Positions 1-9,062 of a stretch of DNA of 64,000 nt are shown here, one piece after another. Origin of the DNA: a virus; IMG/VR virus record IMGVR_UViG_3300049049_000237, positions 80,003-144,002 of that record. One strand, 5' to 3'. A program made the position numbers and the translations under genes. Numbering within the stretch: position 1 is the first letter of the stretch; each line of letters opens with the position of its first letter. Under the pieces are notes generated by a model. That model was not told where the DNA came from. It saw nothing but the letters and a program-made list of their open reading frames with translations, and searched no databases.

Positions 1-311
1 TCCAGACCCTGGAACTTCGTCTCGCCCTGGAGCTTGTGGGCCTTGGCCTGCTTCTCCTTGGGGCTCTGGCTCAGACGCTTGAGCACGTCCTCCGCGACGT
101 TGTCCGCGTCCTGACCACCCCACCCACGACGTTCGAGCTCTGCGCCGACCGCCACTGCGATCGGATTGCGCTCGGACTCTTTCACCTTCTCGGGCAGACC
201 CTTGATGTCCTTCGTTTCATGGGCCCAGCGCTTGGCGGTTCCTCCGGGGAGCTCGCCGCGGGCTTCCGCCGCAAACATCCAGCGCTGCTGGCTCTTGGAC
301 TTGAAGGGCAT
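1..311 (-). CDS. Partial virion-associated protein (MPFKS-type N-terminus, probably followed by an inorganic-pyrophosphatase-like domain); runs off the window start
   Basis: Not in the ORF track. Manual translation from ATG 311 gives MPFKSKSQQRWMFAAEARGELPGGTAKRWAHETKDIKGLPEKVK...HKLQGETKFQGL. GGAG RBS and TGCTACAAT lie upstream. Confidence 0.7.
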   Translation of the reverse strand, partial: MPFKSKSQQRWMFAAEARGELPGGTAKRWAHETKDIKGLPEKVKESERNPIAVAVGAELERRGWGGQDADNVAEDVLKRLSQSPKEKQAKAHKLQGETKFQGL

Positions 312-335
312 GCGGGTCTTCTCCGGGTTGGTCCG

Positions 336-344
336 ATTGTAGCA
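336..344 (-). promoter_or_regulatory. Extended -10 sigma70-like promoter (TGCTACAAT)
   Basis: TGnTACAAT 24 nt upstream of ATG 311 in a divergent intergenic gap. Confidence 0.55.
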
Positions 345-393
345 GCACCTTGATCCCTCACGAAACTCAACAGTATTGGGAGACCGAGACAAC

Positions 394-675
394 ATGCGTG
401 ATCGTACCCAGGCCGTGATCGCCGAGCTGAGCGAGATGATCTACGACCAGAAGGTCCCGCGCGATCGGCGCAAGGACCTCGCACGGGAAGTGGGGCAGGC
501 GCTCGGAGTCGCGACCGAGATGGAGTCGCCGACCTGCACGGAGGCCAAGCGCAGCGGACTCGAAGCGGAGCTCGAACGCCATCTCAGGCGTGCGAAGGAC
601 ATCGCGGATGGGAAGCCGGTACCGGTGAACCTGCCGCGAATCGACATCGACTCATACACGGTGACGGTGGTCTAG
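394..675 (+). CDS. Hypothetical protein
   Basis: ORF with GGAG upstream of ATG 394 and GC3-rich codons. Confidence 0.7.
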   Translation: MRDRTQAVIAELSEMIYDQKVPRDRRKDLAREVGQALGVATEMESPTCTEAKRSGLEAELERHLRRAKDIADGKPVPVNLPRIDIDSYTVTVV

Positions 676-718
676 CGGAACCGCGCTCGACCACGTGTCG
701 GGGGAGCCGTGGAACTAG

Positions 719-749
719 GAACGGGGCCGCTTTAGGCCCCGTTTCTTTT
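719..749 (+). terminator. Rho-independent terminator
   Basis: AACGGGGCC-GCTTTA-GGCCCCGTT stem followed by TCTTTT. Confidence 0.75.
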
Positions 750-750
750 G

Positions 751-765
751 CCTATAAAGATAATG
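751..765 (+). promoter_or_regulatory. Variant of the putative phage promoter (CCTATAAAGATAATG)
   Basis: Two mismatches to CCTATCAG-NANN-RYG; directly after a terminator and before the GGAGG RBS of 784. Confidence 0.5.
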
Positions 766-783
766 TTGAAGGAGGGTGAGTAC

Positions 784-1287
784 ATGACGACGATCGACGC
801 TCGACACATCAACGGTGAGTTCGTGTTCCGGCTCTGGTCGCGGATCGCGGGCGGCTACGCGACCACCGACATGAACGAGGAGGACCTTCGTCGCGCTGTG
901 CGCGTGGGGTACTTGCAAGGGGCCTACTCCACGTACCAGCGCGAGATCGAGCAGCGGATCACGCGGGCCAAGGAGTGCGGCACGTCCGAGTACGGCGAGC
1001 CGCCCGGCATCAACGCCGAGTGGCGCGAGGACATGCTCGACAACGGCGAAGACGACAAGGAGGAAGCGGACGAGGAGCCCAACCTCGATGGGATGGACTT
1101 CCTCGTCGGAGGCTACCCGATTCACACCTCGCAGCTCGATGCCCGCACCCTGAAGGAGGCGAACATCTTCATGGGGGACGAGTGGGACACGTTCGTCCGG
1201 TGGGCCGAGCTCTCGACGTTCGGCGAGGTGTTCAAGCTGAACAGCATCTACGTCGTTCGCATCCTGCCCAACGGAGGAAAGCTGTGA
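784..1287 (+). CDS. Hypothetical protein
   Basis: GGAGG RBS, ATG 784, acidic internal linker. Confidence 0.8.
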   Translation: MTTIDARHINGEFVFRLWSRIAGGYATTDMNEEDLRRAVRVGYLQGAYSTYQREIEQRITRAKECGTSEYGEPPGINAEWREDMLDNGEDDKEEADEEPNLDGMDFLVGGYPIHTSQLDARTLKEANIFMGDEWDTFVRWAELSTFGEVFKLNSIYVVRILPNGGKL

Positions 1288-1601
1288 AGTCCATCATCTA
1301 CGCGCGCATCAGCGACAACGTCCTCGACCCCGAGGATTGGCCGGTGAGGCGGCTGCTCATCGAAGGGGAGAAGATCGTCGACCACTCCGAGATGCCCATG
1401 ACCGGCCTCCCTCTCTGCTCGTTCGAGAACGGGCCGCAGGCCGGATGGACGCTCGAACAGCTCCTCGCCTGGTCCTCGGTGGACAACACCGGTACGTACC
1501 CGGAGGTCTGCCACGACCTGAAGGCCGAGGGCGACCTCCACTACGACTACATCAACAAGCGCTCCACGCTCGACGCACTCATCGAGCGTGGCGTTCGCTG
1601 A
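1284..1601 (+). CDS. Hypothetical protein
   Basis: GTGA overlap with the upstream stop, GGAGG RBS; begins MKSIIYARISD. Confidence 0.75.
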   Translation: MKSIIYARISDNVLDPEDWPVRRLLIEGEKIVDHSEMPMTGLPLCSFENGPQAGWTLEQLLAWSSVDNTGTYPEVCHDLKAEGDLHYDYINKRSTLDALIERGVR

Positions 1602-1626
1602 GCCACAACCCAACAGGAACAAGAAC

Positions 1627-2157
1627 ATGATCAAGTTCGACGAGAACGGGCAGCTCGACATCAGTCTCCGTGGCACGCTCACCATCAAGGGCGGGACGTT
1701 CACGTTCATCCCGGACAAGGAGCAGCCGGCGAACAAGAAGGGGAAGAAGCCGAAGACGAAGCTCGTTCGTCCGAGCATGGTCCCGGCCCTGACCTCGGGC
1801 AGGATGGTGATGCCTCCGATGGACCCGGTGCGGAACTGGTTCCCGACTGCCGGCACGCGTCCGTGGTGGCAGCAGATGCCCGAGCGGTCGATGTACGAGG
1901 ACTTCATCGTGAAGCTCCATGCGCTGAGTCTGGACTTCAACGAGCTGCGGCACCTGAAGATCATCAAGGGCATCCTCGACGCGCTCCACATCCCCGACCT
2001 GCCGAAGTACATCGCGCCGCAGGATCGACTCTTCGCGTTCGCGCAGGTGCTCGCGAATGCGAACCAGCGGCCCATCGGCAAGGTGGTCCTGGGAGCGTCC
2101 ACCTTGCAGGAGATTCACTTCTGGCTCGGTAGGCATCTGATCGGCTACGCGGTCTGA
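1627..2157 (+). CDS. Hypothetical protein
   Basis: AGGA RBS, ATG 1627, followed by a terminator. Confidence 0.75.
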   Translation: MIKFDENGQLDISLRGTLTIKGGTFTFIPDKEQPANKKGKKPKTKLVRPSMVPALTSGRMVMPPMDPVRNWFPTAGTRPWWQQMPERSMYEDFIVKLHALSLDFNELRHLKIIKGILDALHIPDLPKYIAPQDRLFAFAQVLANANQRPIGKVVLGASTLQEIHFWLGRHLIGYAV

Positions 2158-2164
2158 ACGACGA

Positions 2165-2192
2165 AGCCCCGGGAGCTCGCGCTCCCGGGGCT
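2165..2192. terminator. Hairpin terminator between convergent blocks
   Basis: 12-bp stem AGCCCCGGGAGC-TCGC-GCTCCCGGGGCT. Confidence 0.7.
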
Positions 2193-2240
2193 CTACTCCT
2201 CCAGCACTCGCCGGTGAGCTTACTTTTGCCTGTCGAGTGA

Positions 2241-2951
2241 TCAGGTGACGAGCTCGATGGCCTCCATCGCGATCGGCACCGCCATCTCGAACTGGAGCGC
2301 GACCGACTCCTGGATGATGACGCCCTGCGAGTCCGTGGCCCAGGTGTGGTTCGGGAGCACGCAGCTCTCGAAGTAGCACGCGCCGTACGCGTCCTGGTTG
2401 ACGTCCTGCATGATCATCAGCAGGCCGATCGGCTGGCTGAAGAGATCCGACGCGAGGTTGATGTAGAAGTTCTCGAACCCCGGCGGAATGACGACGTCGT
2501 GCGGGTTCGGCATCGCCGCCGCACCGACGTTCGGGAACATCTCGGGGACGACCGTGTCGCCCGCGAGGTCCGAGTAGTACGCGTACAGGACGCGCAGGAT
2601 CGACGGGCCGTGGTAGAGCACGCGCGAGAGCGCGAGCTGACCCATCGTGCGGCCCGAGATGAAGTACGACCGCTCCGAGCCGAGCTCGAAGATGCGGTTG
2701 AACTGCCGGTTGTGGCTGATGTTGATCGACTGCGTCAGGCCCACCGGGTAGACGAGCTGTGCGCCCGCCTCCGGAGCTCCCGAGATCGCAGCGCCGAGGC
2801 TCAGCGCACCGCCCAGCGAGGCGAGGCGCGGAGGTCCGGCGAAGAGGCCCGTGTAGGCGCCGGTCACGAAGCGACCGTCGACCATCCCGGGTCCCGTTCC
2901 GCCGCTCTGCACGTAGTTCTTGTACGTGTTCCAGTTCGCGTAGGAGGCCAT
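2241..2951 (-). CDS. Tail tube protein
   Basis: Downstream of the sheath; tube-like signature VGLTQSINISHNRQFNRIFELGS and C-terminal IIQESVALQFE. Confidence 0.7.
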   Translation of the reverse strand: MASYANWNTYKNYVQSGGTGPGMVDGRFVTGAYTGLFAGPPRLASLGGALSLGAAISGAPEAGAQLVYPVGLTQSINISHNRQFNRIFELGSERSYFISGRTMGQLALSRVLYHGPSILRVLYAYYSDLAGDTVVPEMFPNVGAAAMPNPHDVVIPPGFENFYINLASDLFSQPIGLLMIMQDVNQDAYGACYFESCVLPNHTWATDSQGVIIQESVALQFEMAVPIAMEAIELVT

Positions 2952-2980
2952 CGTGTTGTCCTTCCTTCAGAGCTCGCGGA

Positions 2981-3376
2981 TCAGGCGAGGGTCTTCCGAG
3001 CCGCCTCGACGGGGTCCATCCCCTGGCGGATGAGAGCCTGGGTCTCGGCGACGGGATCGCGCTGGTTGAGCTCTTCGATCGCCGCGTTGGTCTCCGCGAC
3101 GAAGGAAGCCAGCTTCTCCTGCCGACCGTCGACGATCTCCGTGATGCGCTCGCGCGCGAGCTCGGCGCGGATCGTCTCCGACGCGGTCTTCGGGCGGCTG
3201 AGCAGCGCCTGGACTTCGTCGTGGATCGTGCTGCCTTCGATGTAGGCCTGGAGGCCCGACTGCTTGACGGGCTCGGGGGCCGGAGCCGCCGTCGCCGAGG
3301 CGACGTGCGACTCCATGACCTTCTCCAGACGCTCGTCGAACTCCGCGGCCTTCTGGTGGTACTTGAAGTCCTTCAT
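2981..3376 (-). CDS. Hypothetical protein between sheath and tube
   Basis: GAGGAG RBS, ATG 3376, helical and charged. Confidence 0.7.
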   Translation of the reverse strand: MKDFKYHQKAAEFDERLEKVMESHVASATAAPAPEPVKQSGLQAYIEGSTIHDEVQALLSRPKTASETIRAELARERITEIVDGRQEKLASFVAETNAAIEELNQRDPVAETQALIRQGMDPVEAARKTLA

Positions 3377-3384
3377 GGCGCTCC

Positions 3385-6159
3385 TCACACCACCAGCGTG
3401 GCGTAGATCTCGTTGAGCGGGTACCAGACCCCCACCGCGCAATCGAGCAGTAGGCGGTCCGGCGAGTCCTCGCTCTGCGCCATCCGCGTGACGCGGAAGC
3501 TGCGGAAGACGCCGTTCGTGACCAGGAAGCTCGTGATGGCCTCCATGTTCACGCTGATCGCGTCCTGGACGTTCGTGGTCAGGTTGAACCGACCGATGAA
3601 GTTCCGGAGCGAGGCTCGGATGAACTTCGCGCCGAAGTCGAGCGCCGTGAGGATCGAGAACTCGCGACGCTCGATCGAGCTCATGTCGCTCGTGAGCTGG
3701 TGCCGGGTCTTGATCGACTGGCCCGCCGCCTCCTGGTACATCGACCAGAGGCCGCCGCCGTCCATGATGCGGTACTGGATCTCGCCGTAGCGATCCGTCG
3801 CGCCGACGACGCCCGTGAAGCCGCGGATGCCGACCTCGGTGAGCGGATCCTGCGGGAGCTTCGACGACGTCTTGCCCGCGAGCGCGGCGCAGACGTAGAA
3901 GCCCTCGATGATCTGCTCCAGGCCGTCGATGGTCGCCTTCGCCTTGTCGGGCGTCGTGAAGACCATGCGGCGGTTCTCGTAGCCCTGCGGGATCGCCGCG
4001 TACGCGATCGCTTCCTCGGTGAGGTTCGCGAGCTCGGCGCCGCGCACGAACACCGTGAAGGGGCGATCGACGATCGGGTCCGCGAACGCCGGGGACGCAC
4101 CGTCGAAGTAGTAGCCGTCGGTGTTGTCCTCGTCGGTGCCCGCCGCGAGCGCGCCGGTGCTGACCGTCACGATCGAGCCAGCGACGCCGGTCACGAGGTA
4201 GTTGTTGGTGTCGTCGTCGAGCTTGAGCACGACGCGGTCGTCGATGTCGTAGGGCGGTGCCGGGAAGCCCGCCGCCGCGAGCAGCGCCGGCAGGTTCGCG
4301 ATGCCCGTGTCGAACGTCGAGACGCCGCCCGTGCTGTTGCCGAGCGAGCCGCTGGCGACGAGGGTGTTCGCCTGCCGCGAGGGACGCGACGGGTTGAAGA
4401 ACACCATGCGCTCCAGAGCCGCCTCCGGATCGCTCATCGCCGTGACGTGCGCGTCCGCGAGGTCCGCGACCGTCATGTCGTGCGTCAGGGGCGCGATCGC
4501 GTAGACGTCCTTCGACTCCACGAACTCGAACGCCTCGGCCCAGGCCGTCACCGTGCCGTAGGGCTCGTCGTCGCTGATCTCCGAGACGCCGATGCCCTGG
4601 GTCTCGATGCCCGTGGCGTTCAGCATCGCGAAGTACATGCCGAGGCCGAGGGGGTTCTCGGGGTTGATCGGCGAGAGCTGCGCTTCGAGGTCCGTCAGCG
4701 ACCCGATGCGGAGGATGGTCGCGTTCGAGCCCGCCGCCGAGACGTCACGACGCACCGCCGTGAAGCCGAGGTAGAGGCCGTAGCTCGCCGCCAGCGTCGG
4801 GACGCCGGCCGGCGTGCGGAAGAGGCCCGCCTTCACCAGGACCTCGCCGCTCTGCGAGTCGACCACGAGGTCGGCGCTCGGGCGGGTCGAGGTCTGCGCG
4901 CCTGCGAGACCGAGCGCACGGATCGTGAAGTTCACGCCCGTGAAGGTCAGGAGGCTCTCGACGTCGAGGCGGAGGCGCGTCGCCACGCCCGCCGGAGCGA
5001 CCTCCGTGATGAGGCCGACGCGAACGCCGTCGACCCACACCTCGTCGCCGACCGCCGGGGGCTGCGGCGAGCCCTCGGTGAGCGCCGCCGTCAGACCGAG
5101 CACCGACAGGGCCGTCGACGACGAGCTGATGCGGATCGTGCTCTCGCGACCACCGTTGGTGTTCTGCGAGGTGAGGCGCAGGAAGTTGCCGCTGAGCGAC
5201 GCGACCGGGGCGCCCGAGGGCACCTCCCACAGCGCGTTGATGGCCGCCACGACCGCCGCCGCGTTCGCGAGCGACGAGGTCAGCAGCAGGGTCTGCTCCG
5301 GGCCGCCGTCCACGCTCATGATGAGCGAGAGCTGCGGGTCGAAGTCGCCGGCCGCGCCGTACGTGATCGCCGTCATGTCGGCGGTGCCGGTCACCACCGC
5401 AGCCGCAGCCGCCGTGGTGAAGTCCTGGCCCGCGAACGTCATGTACGGCGAGACGTTGTCGCCGTCACCGTCGTCGAAGACGGTGACCGCCGCGGTCGCG
5501 CCGCGGAGGAACGACTCGTCGGACTTCACCTCGACGAAGAGACCACCGCCGGTCGCCGCGAAGACGCGGACCGTCGAGTAGTCGATGTCGAGCTCGTCGA
5601 GGTTGCTCCGGGGATCCGGGTAGCTCGGCAGCCCGATGTTCGCCGCGAAGTAGTTGTTGTACCCGCCACGACCGACGGCCTTGTAGCCCGCGCCCGGCAG
5701 GTCGAGCGTCGTGAGCGCCGTGCCGCTCATGACCGCGATGCTCGCGAAGTCACCCGACGTGTTCGTGCGGAGCACGATGCGTGACTGGGTGCCCTTCTCC
5801 TCGATGTCGACCGCGAGGCCGGTGATGGCCAGGCCGTCGATGTACGCCTTGACCTCCGCCACCGTCGGGTTCGTCCCGGGGAACGTGAGGGTGCGCGTCG
5901 GACCGTTGTTGACGCTGATGAGCAGCGTCTGCGTCCCGAGCGCCGTGTACGCCGAGGTGACGTACGGGAACTCGATGCGCGCCGGCAGCGAGAGGAGGGC
6001 CGACGAGTTCAAGCTGCCGTCGTTCAGGACGGCCTCGACGATCTCCTTCGCCACGCCGATGACGCACGCGGGCATCTGCGGGATGATGAGGTTCGGCGAG
6101 ACGGTCCGGAACTCCGTGAAGACCTTGACTCCCGGCCTCGGAAGCGTGGGGGTTGCCAT
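3385..6159 (-). CDS. Contractile tail sheath protein
   Basis: N-terminal RPGVKV and C-terminal sheath motifs (RHQLTSD...REFSI...DF; VWYPLNEI); 924 aa. Confidence 0.85.
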   Translation of the reverse strand: MATPTLPRPGVKVFTEFRTVSPNLIIPQMPACVIGVAKEIVEAVLNDGSLNSSALLSLPARIEFPYVTSAYTALGTQTLLISVNNGPTRTLTFPGTNPTVAEVKAYIDGLAITGLAVDIEEKGTQSRIVLRTNTSGDFASIAVMSGTALTTLDLPGAGYKAVGRGGYNNYFAANIGLPSYPDPRSNLDELDIDYSTVRVFAATGGGLFVEVKSDESFLRGATAAVTVFDDGDGDNVSPYMTFAGQDFTTAAAAAVVTGTADMTAITYGAAGDFDPQLSLIMSVDGGPEQTLLLTSSLANAAAVVAAINALWEVPSGAPVASLSGNFLRLTSQNTNGGRESTIRISSSSTALSVLGLTAALTEGSPQPPAVGDEVWVDGVRVGLITEVAPAGVATRLRLDVESLLTFTGVNFTIRALGLAGAQTSTRPSADLVVDSQSGEVLVKAGLFRTPAGVPTLAASYGLYLGFTAVRRDVSAAGSNATILRIGSLTDLEAQLSPINPENPLGLGMYFAMLNATGIETQGIGVSEISDDEPYGTVTAWAEAFEFVESKDVYAIAPLTHDMTVADLADAHVTAMSDPEAALERMVFFNPSRPSRQANTLVASGSLGNSTGGVSTFDTGIANLPALLAAAGFPAPPYDIDDRVVLKLDDDTNNYLVTGVAGSIVTVSTGALAAGTDEDNTDGYYFDGASPAFADPIVDRPFTVFVRGAELANLTEEAIAYAAIPQGYENRRMVFTTPDKAKATIDGLEQIIEGFYVCAALAGKTSSKLPQDPLTEVGIRGFTGVVGATDRYGEIQYRIMDGGGLWSMYQEAAGQSIKTRHQLTSDMSSIERREFSILTALDFGAKFIRASLRNFIGRFNLTTNVQDAISVNMEAITSFLVTNGVFRSFRVTRMAQSEDSPDRLLLDCAVGVWYPLNEIYATLVV

Positions 6160-6175
6160 CGTAGGTATCTCCTTC

Positions 6176-7018
6176 TCAGGTCTTGATCTGGACCGTCAGA
6201 GGCTCCGTAGATTGTGCCTCGTCAGAGCCCGTTTGGGGAAGGGAACCAGACGCTTCCGAGCCAGACGTACTACTTGAAGTTGTACGATCCGCACGCGTCT
6301 GTTCGGGTTGGTTCACTGCGGTGCCCTGAAGCGGCACCCGACGACGAATGCGGGTCCGGGGTCCTTGAGCCGTCGCAACCACGACGATCTCGCCCAGGAT
6401 CGGCTTGTTCAGCGGCATCGACACTTCCAGGTGCTGGAGGTACACCGGGAAGTTGATGTTGACGCATACCCAGTTGTGTTCGGTGTCCGGACCGGCCACG
6501 AGGGACCCAGCCGGAGAAGGAGGCGAGAGCGACGGCCGGTTGCCGGCGTAGAGCGCGTACGTGTTCCCGCGGAGAAGTTCATCTCGCAGGTTCCAGATGT
6601 GCCGAGCCACGAACCATGCGAGCTGCTCGGCCTCGAAGGGGACCCTCGACAGCACGTTGATGCCGACGGTCGTGGGCAGCATGTCCATCTTGGACACCGC
6701 GCCCGTCTTCCAGTCGATGAACGCCCGATCGCCGAGCCCGAGGCCGTGGAAGGCCGCGGGACCGCGAGACACCGTGATCGCCGGCCGGAGGCCCACGAGC
6801 TCGGGATCGATCGGCGTGTCGGTGCCGATCCAGATCGTCGACCCCTCCTGGTCGAGGGCGTGGTCTGGTGTTGGCTCCTCCCAGTGGTACGGACCACCGA
6901 CGGGCACCTGCGCGAATAGCCCACGGATGAACGTAACGAACGCCCGCTGAATGAGAATCAGCGGGCTCGTACCGTCATCGCCGGGCTGGCCTTCGGGCGT
7001 CGTGGGGAGGATGGCCAT
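6176..7018 (-). CDS. Putative tail completion/terminator protein
   Basis: Directly upstream of the sheath; RPAITVSRG motif and INVLSR...EAEQLA pattern. Confidence 0.55.
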   Translation of the reverse strand: MAILPTTPEGQPGDDGTSPLILIQRAFVTFIRGLFAQVPVGGPYHWEEPTPDHALDQEGSTIWIGTDTPIDPELVGLRPAITVSRGPAAFHGLGLGDRAFIDWKTGAVSKMDMLPTTVGINVLSRVPFEAEQLAWFVARHIWNLRDELLRGNTYALYAGNRPSLSPPSPAGSLVAGPDTEHNWVCVNINFPVYLQHLEVSMPLNKPILGEIVVVATAQGPRTRIRRRVPLQGTAVNQPEQTRADRTTSSSTSGSEASGSLPQTGSDEAQSTEPLTVQIKT

Positions 7019-7470
7019 CAGGTGTAGTTCGGGTAGCGGGTGTCCGTTCGCCAGGGGTCCTTCCGCGTCGCGTTGGCGGCCGCGGGAACACGAGCTCCGG
7101 CCGACTTCGACGGCTCCTGGGCCTTCCGCTCGGCCTCGTTGCGTCGCTGCTTCATCATCCCGCGCTGCACCGACAGCATGTAGCTGCCGAGCCCTCCTGC
7201 GGTCGCAGCGACGCCCGGCAGGATCTTGCGTGCGGTGTCGACGCCCTTCGGGGTCGAGAGGAGCTTCGGCATCACGTACTCGGACGTCGTCTTGCCGACG
7301 CCGTACCCGAGCGCGGTGCCGAGGATGGCGATCGGGATGTCCTTCGCGGCCTGACGCCAGCGAGGCCCGCTCATCTCCTCGTACTCGTGCGGAGGCTGAC
7401 CGTGGCCCTGCGTCGCGAGCTTCGTGAGCTCGTCCCGCATCGCCGCGATCGTCGTCGGGTCGAAGGCCAT
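7018..7470 (-). CDS. Putative virion protein with Gly-rich hydrophobic helices
   Basis: MAFDPTTIAAMRDELTKLA start; in the structural operon. Confidence 0.65.
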   Translation of the reverse strand: MAFDPTTIAAMRDELTKLATQGHGQPPHEYEEMSGPRWRQAAKDIPIAILGTALGYGVGKTTSEYVMPKLLSTPKGVDTARKILPGVAATAGGLGSYMLSVQRGMMKQRRNEAERKAQEPSKSAGARVPAAANATRKDPWRTDTRYPNYT

Positions 7471-7471
7471 C

Positions 7472-8146
7472 TCAGTACCGAGCCCTCGGCTGGGGCTGAC
7501 CGCCGCGAATCGCACTGAGGGCGCCGCCCGCGGCGAGAGCTCCGCCGCCGAGCGCGAGGCCGCCGGCCGCACGGTTCAGGTTCCTCGCACCGCCGAGCGC
7601 ACCCTCGGCACGGTTGAGGCCCGTCATGAGCCCCTGGCCGGCGCGCTGCGCCATCGGGTTCGCCGCCCCGAGGCCTGCACTGCCCGCACGCTCCAGGCCC
7701 GACACGACGCGAGCCCCGGCGTTCTCGACCGCCCCGAGCACCTTCGGGGCCGCCGCTCGGGCCATGCCGAGGGCCTTCGTGCCCATCGCCATCACCGGGG
7801 CGAGGTTGATCGCGACCTTCATGTTCGCGAGCTCGTCGTTCATCGCCGCGAGCGCGACGGCCTCGATCGAGACCGACGCCTTCTTGCGGAACTCGACCAT
7901 CTCCTTGCGGTGCTCCTGGGCGCGTTCGCGATCGGCGAGGTGACGCTGGTGCTTCACCTTGTCCTTCTCGGCGCGCTCCTCACCCGCGAGGCGTCCAGCA
8001 CCAGCACCCGCCGCCGCGCCCGCAGCCACGCCGAGCGCCTTGCCCACCGGGGTCTTGCCGATGAACGCACCCGTCGCACCGCCGAGCACCGCGCCGAGAG
8101 CGGTGTCGCGCTTCTTCATCTTCGCGTGCAGGTCCTTTTCGCTCAT
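7472..8146 (-). CDS. Putative virion protein with glycine-zipper segments
   Basis: GAVLGGATGAFIG and GVAAGAAAGAG segments; KxA sites. Confidence 0.7.
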   Translation of the reverse strand: MSEKDLHAKMKKRDTALGAVLGGATGAFIGKTPVGKALGVAAGAAAGAGAGRLAGEERAEKDKVKHQRHLADRERAQEHRKEMVEFRKKASVSIEAVALAAMNDELANMKVAINLAPVMAMGTKALGMARAAAPKVLGAVENAGARVVSGLERAGSAGLGAANPMAQRAGQGLMTGLNRAEGALGGARNLNRAAGGLALGGGALAAGGALSAIRGGQPQPRARY

Positions 8147-8149
8147 GGC

Positions 8150-9061
8150 TCAGTCCTCGTCCGGCAGACCGGGGAAGGTCGGATAGATGGCGAAGACGTT
8201 CGGCGTCTTCTCCTCGATCGCGTTGTGGAGGCCGTGTGGGTTGGTGAACATCCTACCAGGGCTCGGCTGGATGTCCCTCAGCGCCTCGTCGAGCCTGATC
8301 GGCAACTTGTACTCGATGTCGGTCGGCTGGATCGCTCGCAGCGTGAGCTCCTGCTTGACGGTCGCGCGGAGGCGTTCGGTGGGAGTGACCCCGACGATGC
8401 GCCACCGCTTGTTCTCGGCTTCGACGATGACGTCGTTCGGCTTGACGATCGGGTAGAAGGTCATGCGCGCAGACGTGAGCTGCTGCTGATCCTTCTGCAT
8501 CGCCTGGAGCTGCACCGCCTTCGCGACGGGATCGATCTGCATCCAGACTTCGATGGGGTTCATGTACCCACGCACGAAGCCCGTATCGAAGCACGCGATG
8601 CAGTTTGAGATCTTCTTCGCCGAGAGCTTCGGGTCCCAGCAGTTCGTGCAACGAAGGCCGAAGGTACGGCGCGGGAAGAGCCACACCTGACGACCGATCG
8701 CCTGCGTGAAGACCGTCTGCTCTGCGCGCCGAATGTACTGAGCCACGAGGTCCGCCTCGGGCTCGTTCATGACGGGCCCGAAGTCCTTCGTGGAACTGTC
8801 CGACAGGCGGCGGACGCGGAGCTTGTACCAGAGCTGCCGGAAGCGATACGAGCTCGGCACCCGTGAGTCGACGAAGATGTACCGGTCGCTGAACTCCTCG
8901 GTCACCGGGTCCCACGGCCCCTCGCCCGACTCCGAGCGGAAGAGCTGGAACACGTAGTCGAGCGCATCGACGGTGGGAGAGCTCGTCTCCCACGTCACCT
9001 CCATGCGCGACACGTCGAGCGTGCGCGCACGGAGCTTGTCGATGTCGAGGGCGACCGGCAC
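8150..9061 (-). CDS. Putative head closure/neck protein
   Basis: FN3-like N-terminus, CTNCWD...CIACFDTG, C-terminal DVIVE...RWRI barrel. Confidence 0.55.
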   Translation of the reverse strand: MPVALDIDKLRARTLDVSRMEVTWETSSPTVDALDYVFQLFRSESGEGPWDPVTEEFSDRYIFVDSRVPSSYRFRQLWYKLRVRRLSDSSTKDFGPVMNEPEADLVAQYIRRAEQTVFTQAIGRQVWLFPRRTFGLRCTNCWDPKLSAKKISNCIACFDTGFVRGYMNPIEVWMQIDPVAKAVQLQAMQKDQQQLTSARMTFYPIVKPNDVIVEAENKRWRIVGVTPTERLRATVKQELTLRAIQPTDIEYKLPIRLDEALRDIQPSPGRMFTNPHGLHNAIEEKTPNVFAIYPTFPGLPDED

Positions 9062-9062
9062 G

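Noticed and set aside
2241-7018. Tailocin or extracellular contractile injection system
   Set aside because: Capsid, protease, portal, terminase and a replisome are present, indicating a complete phage
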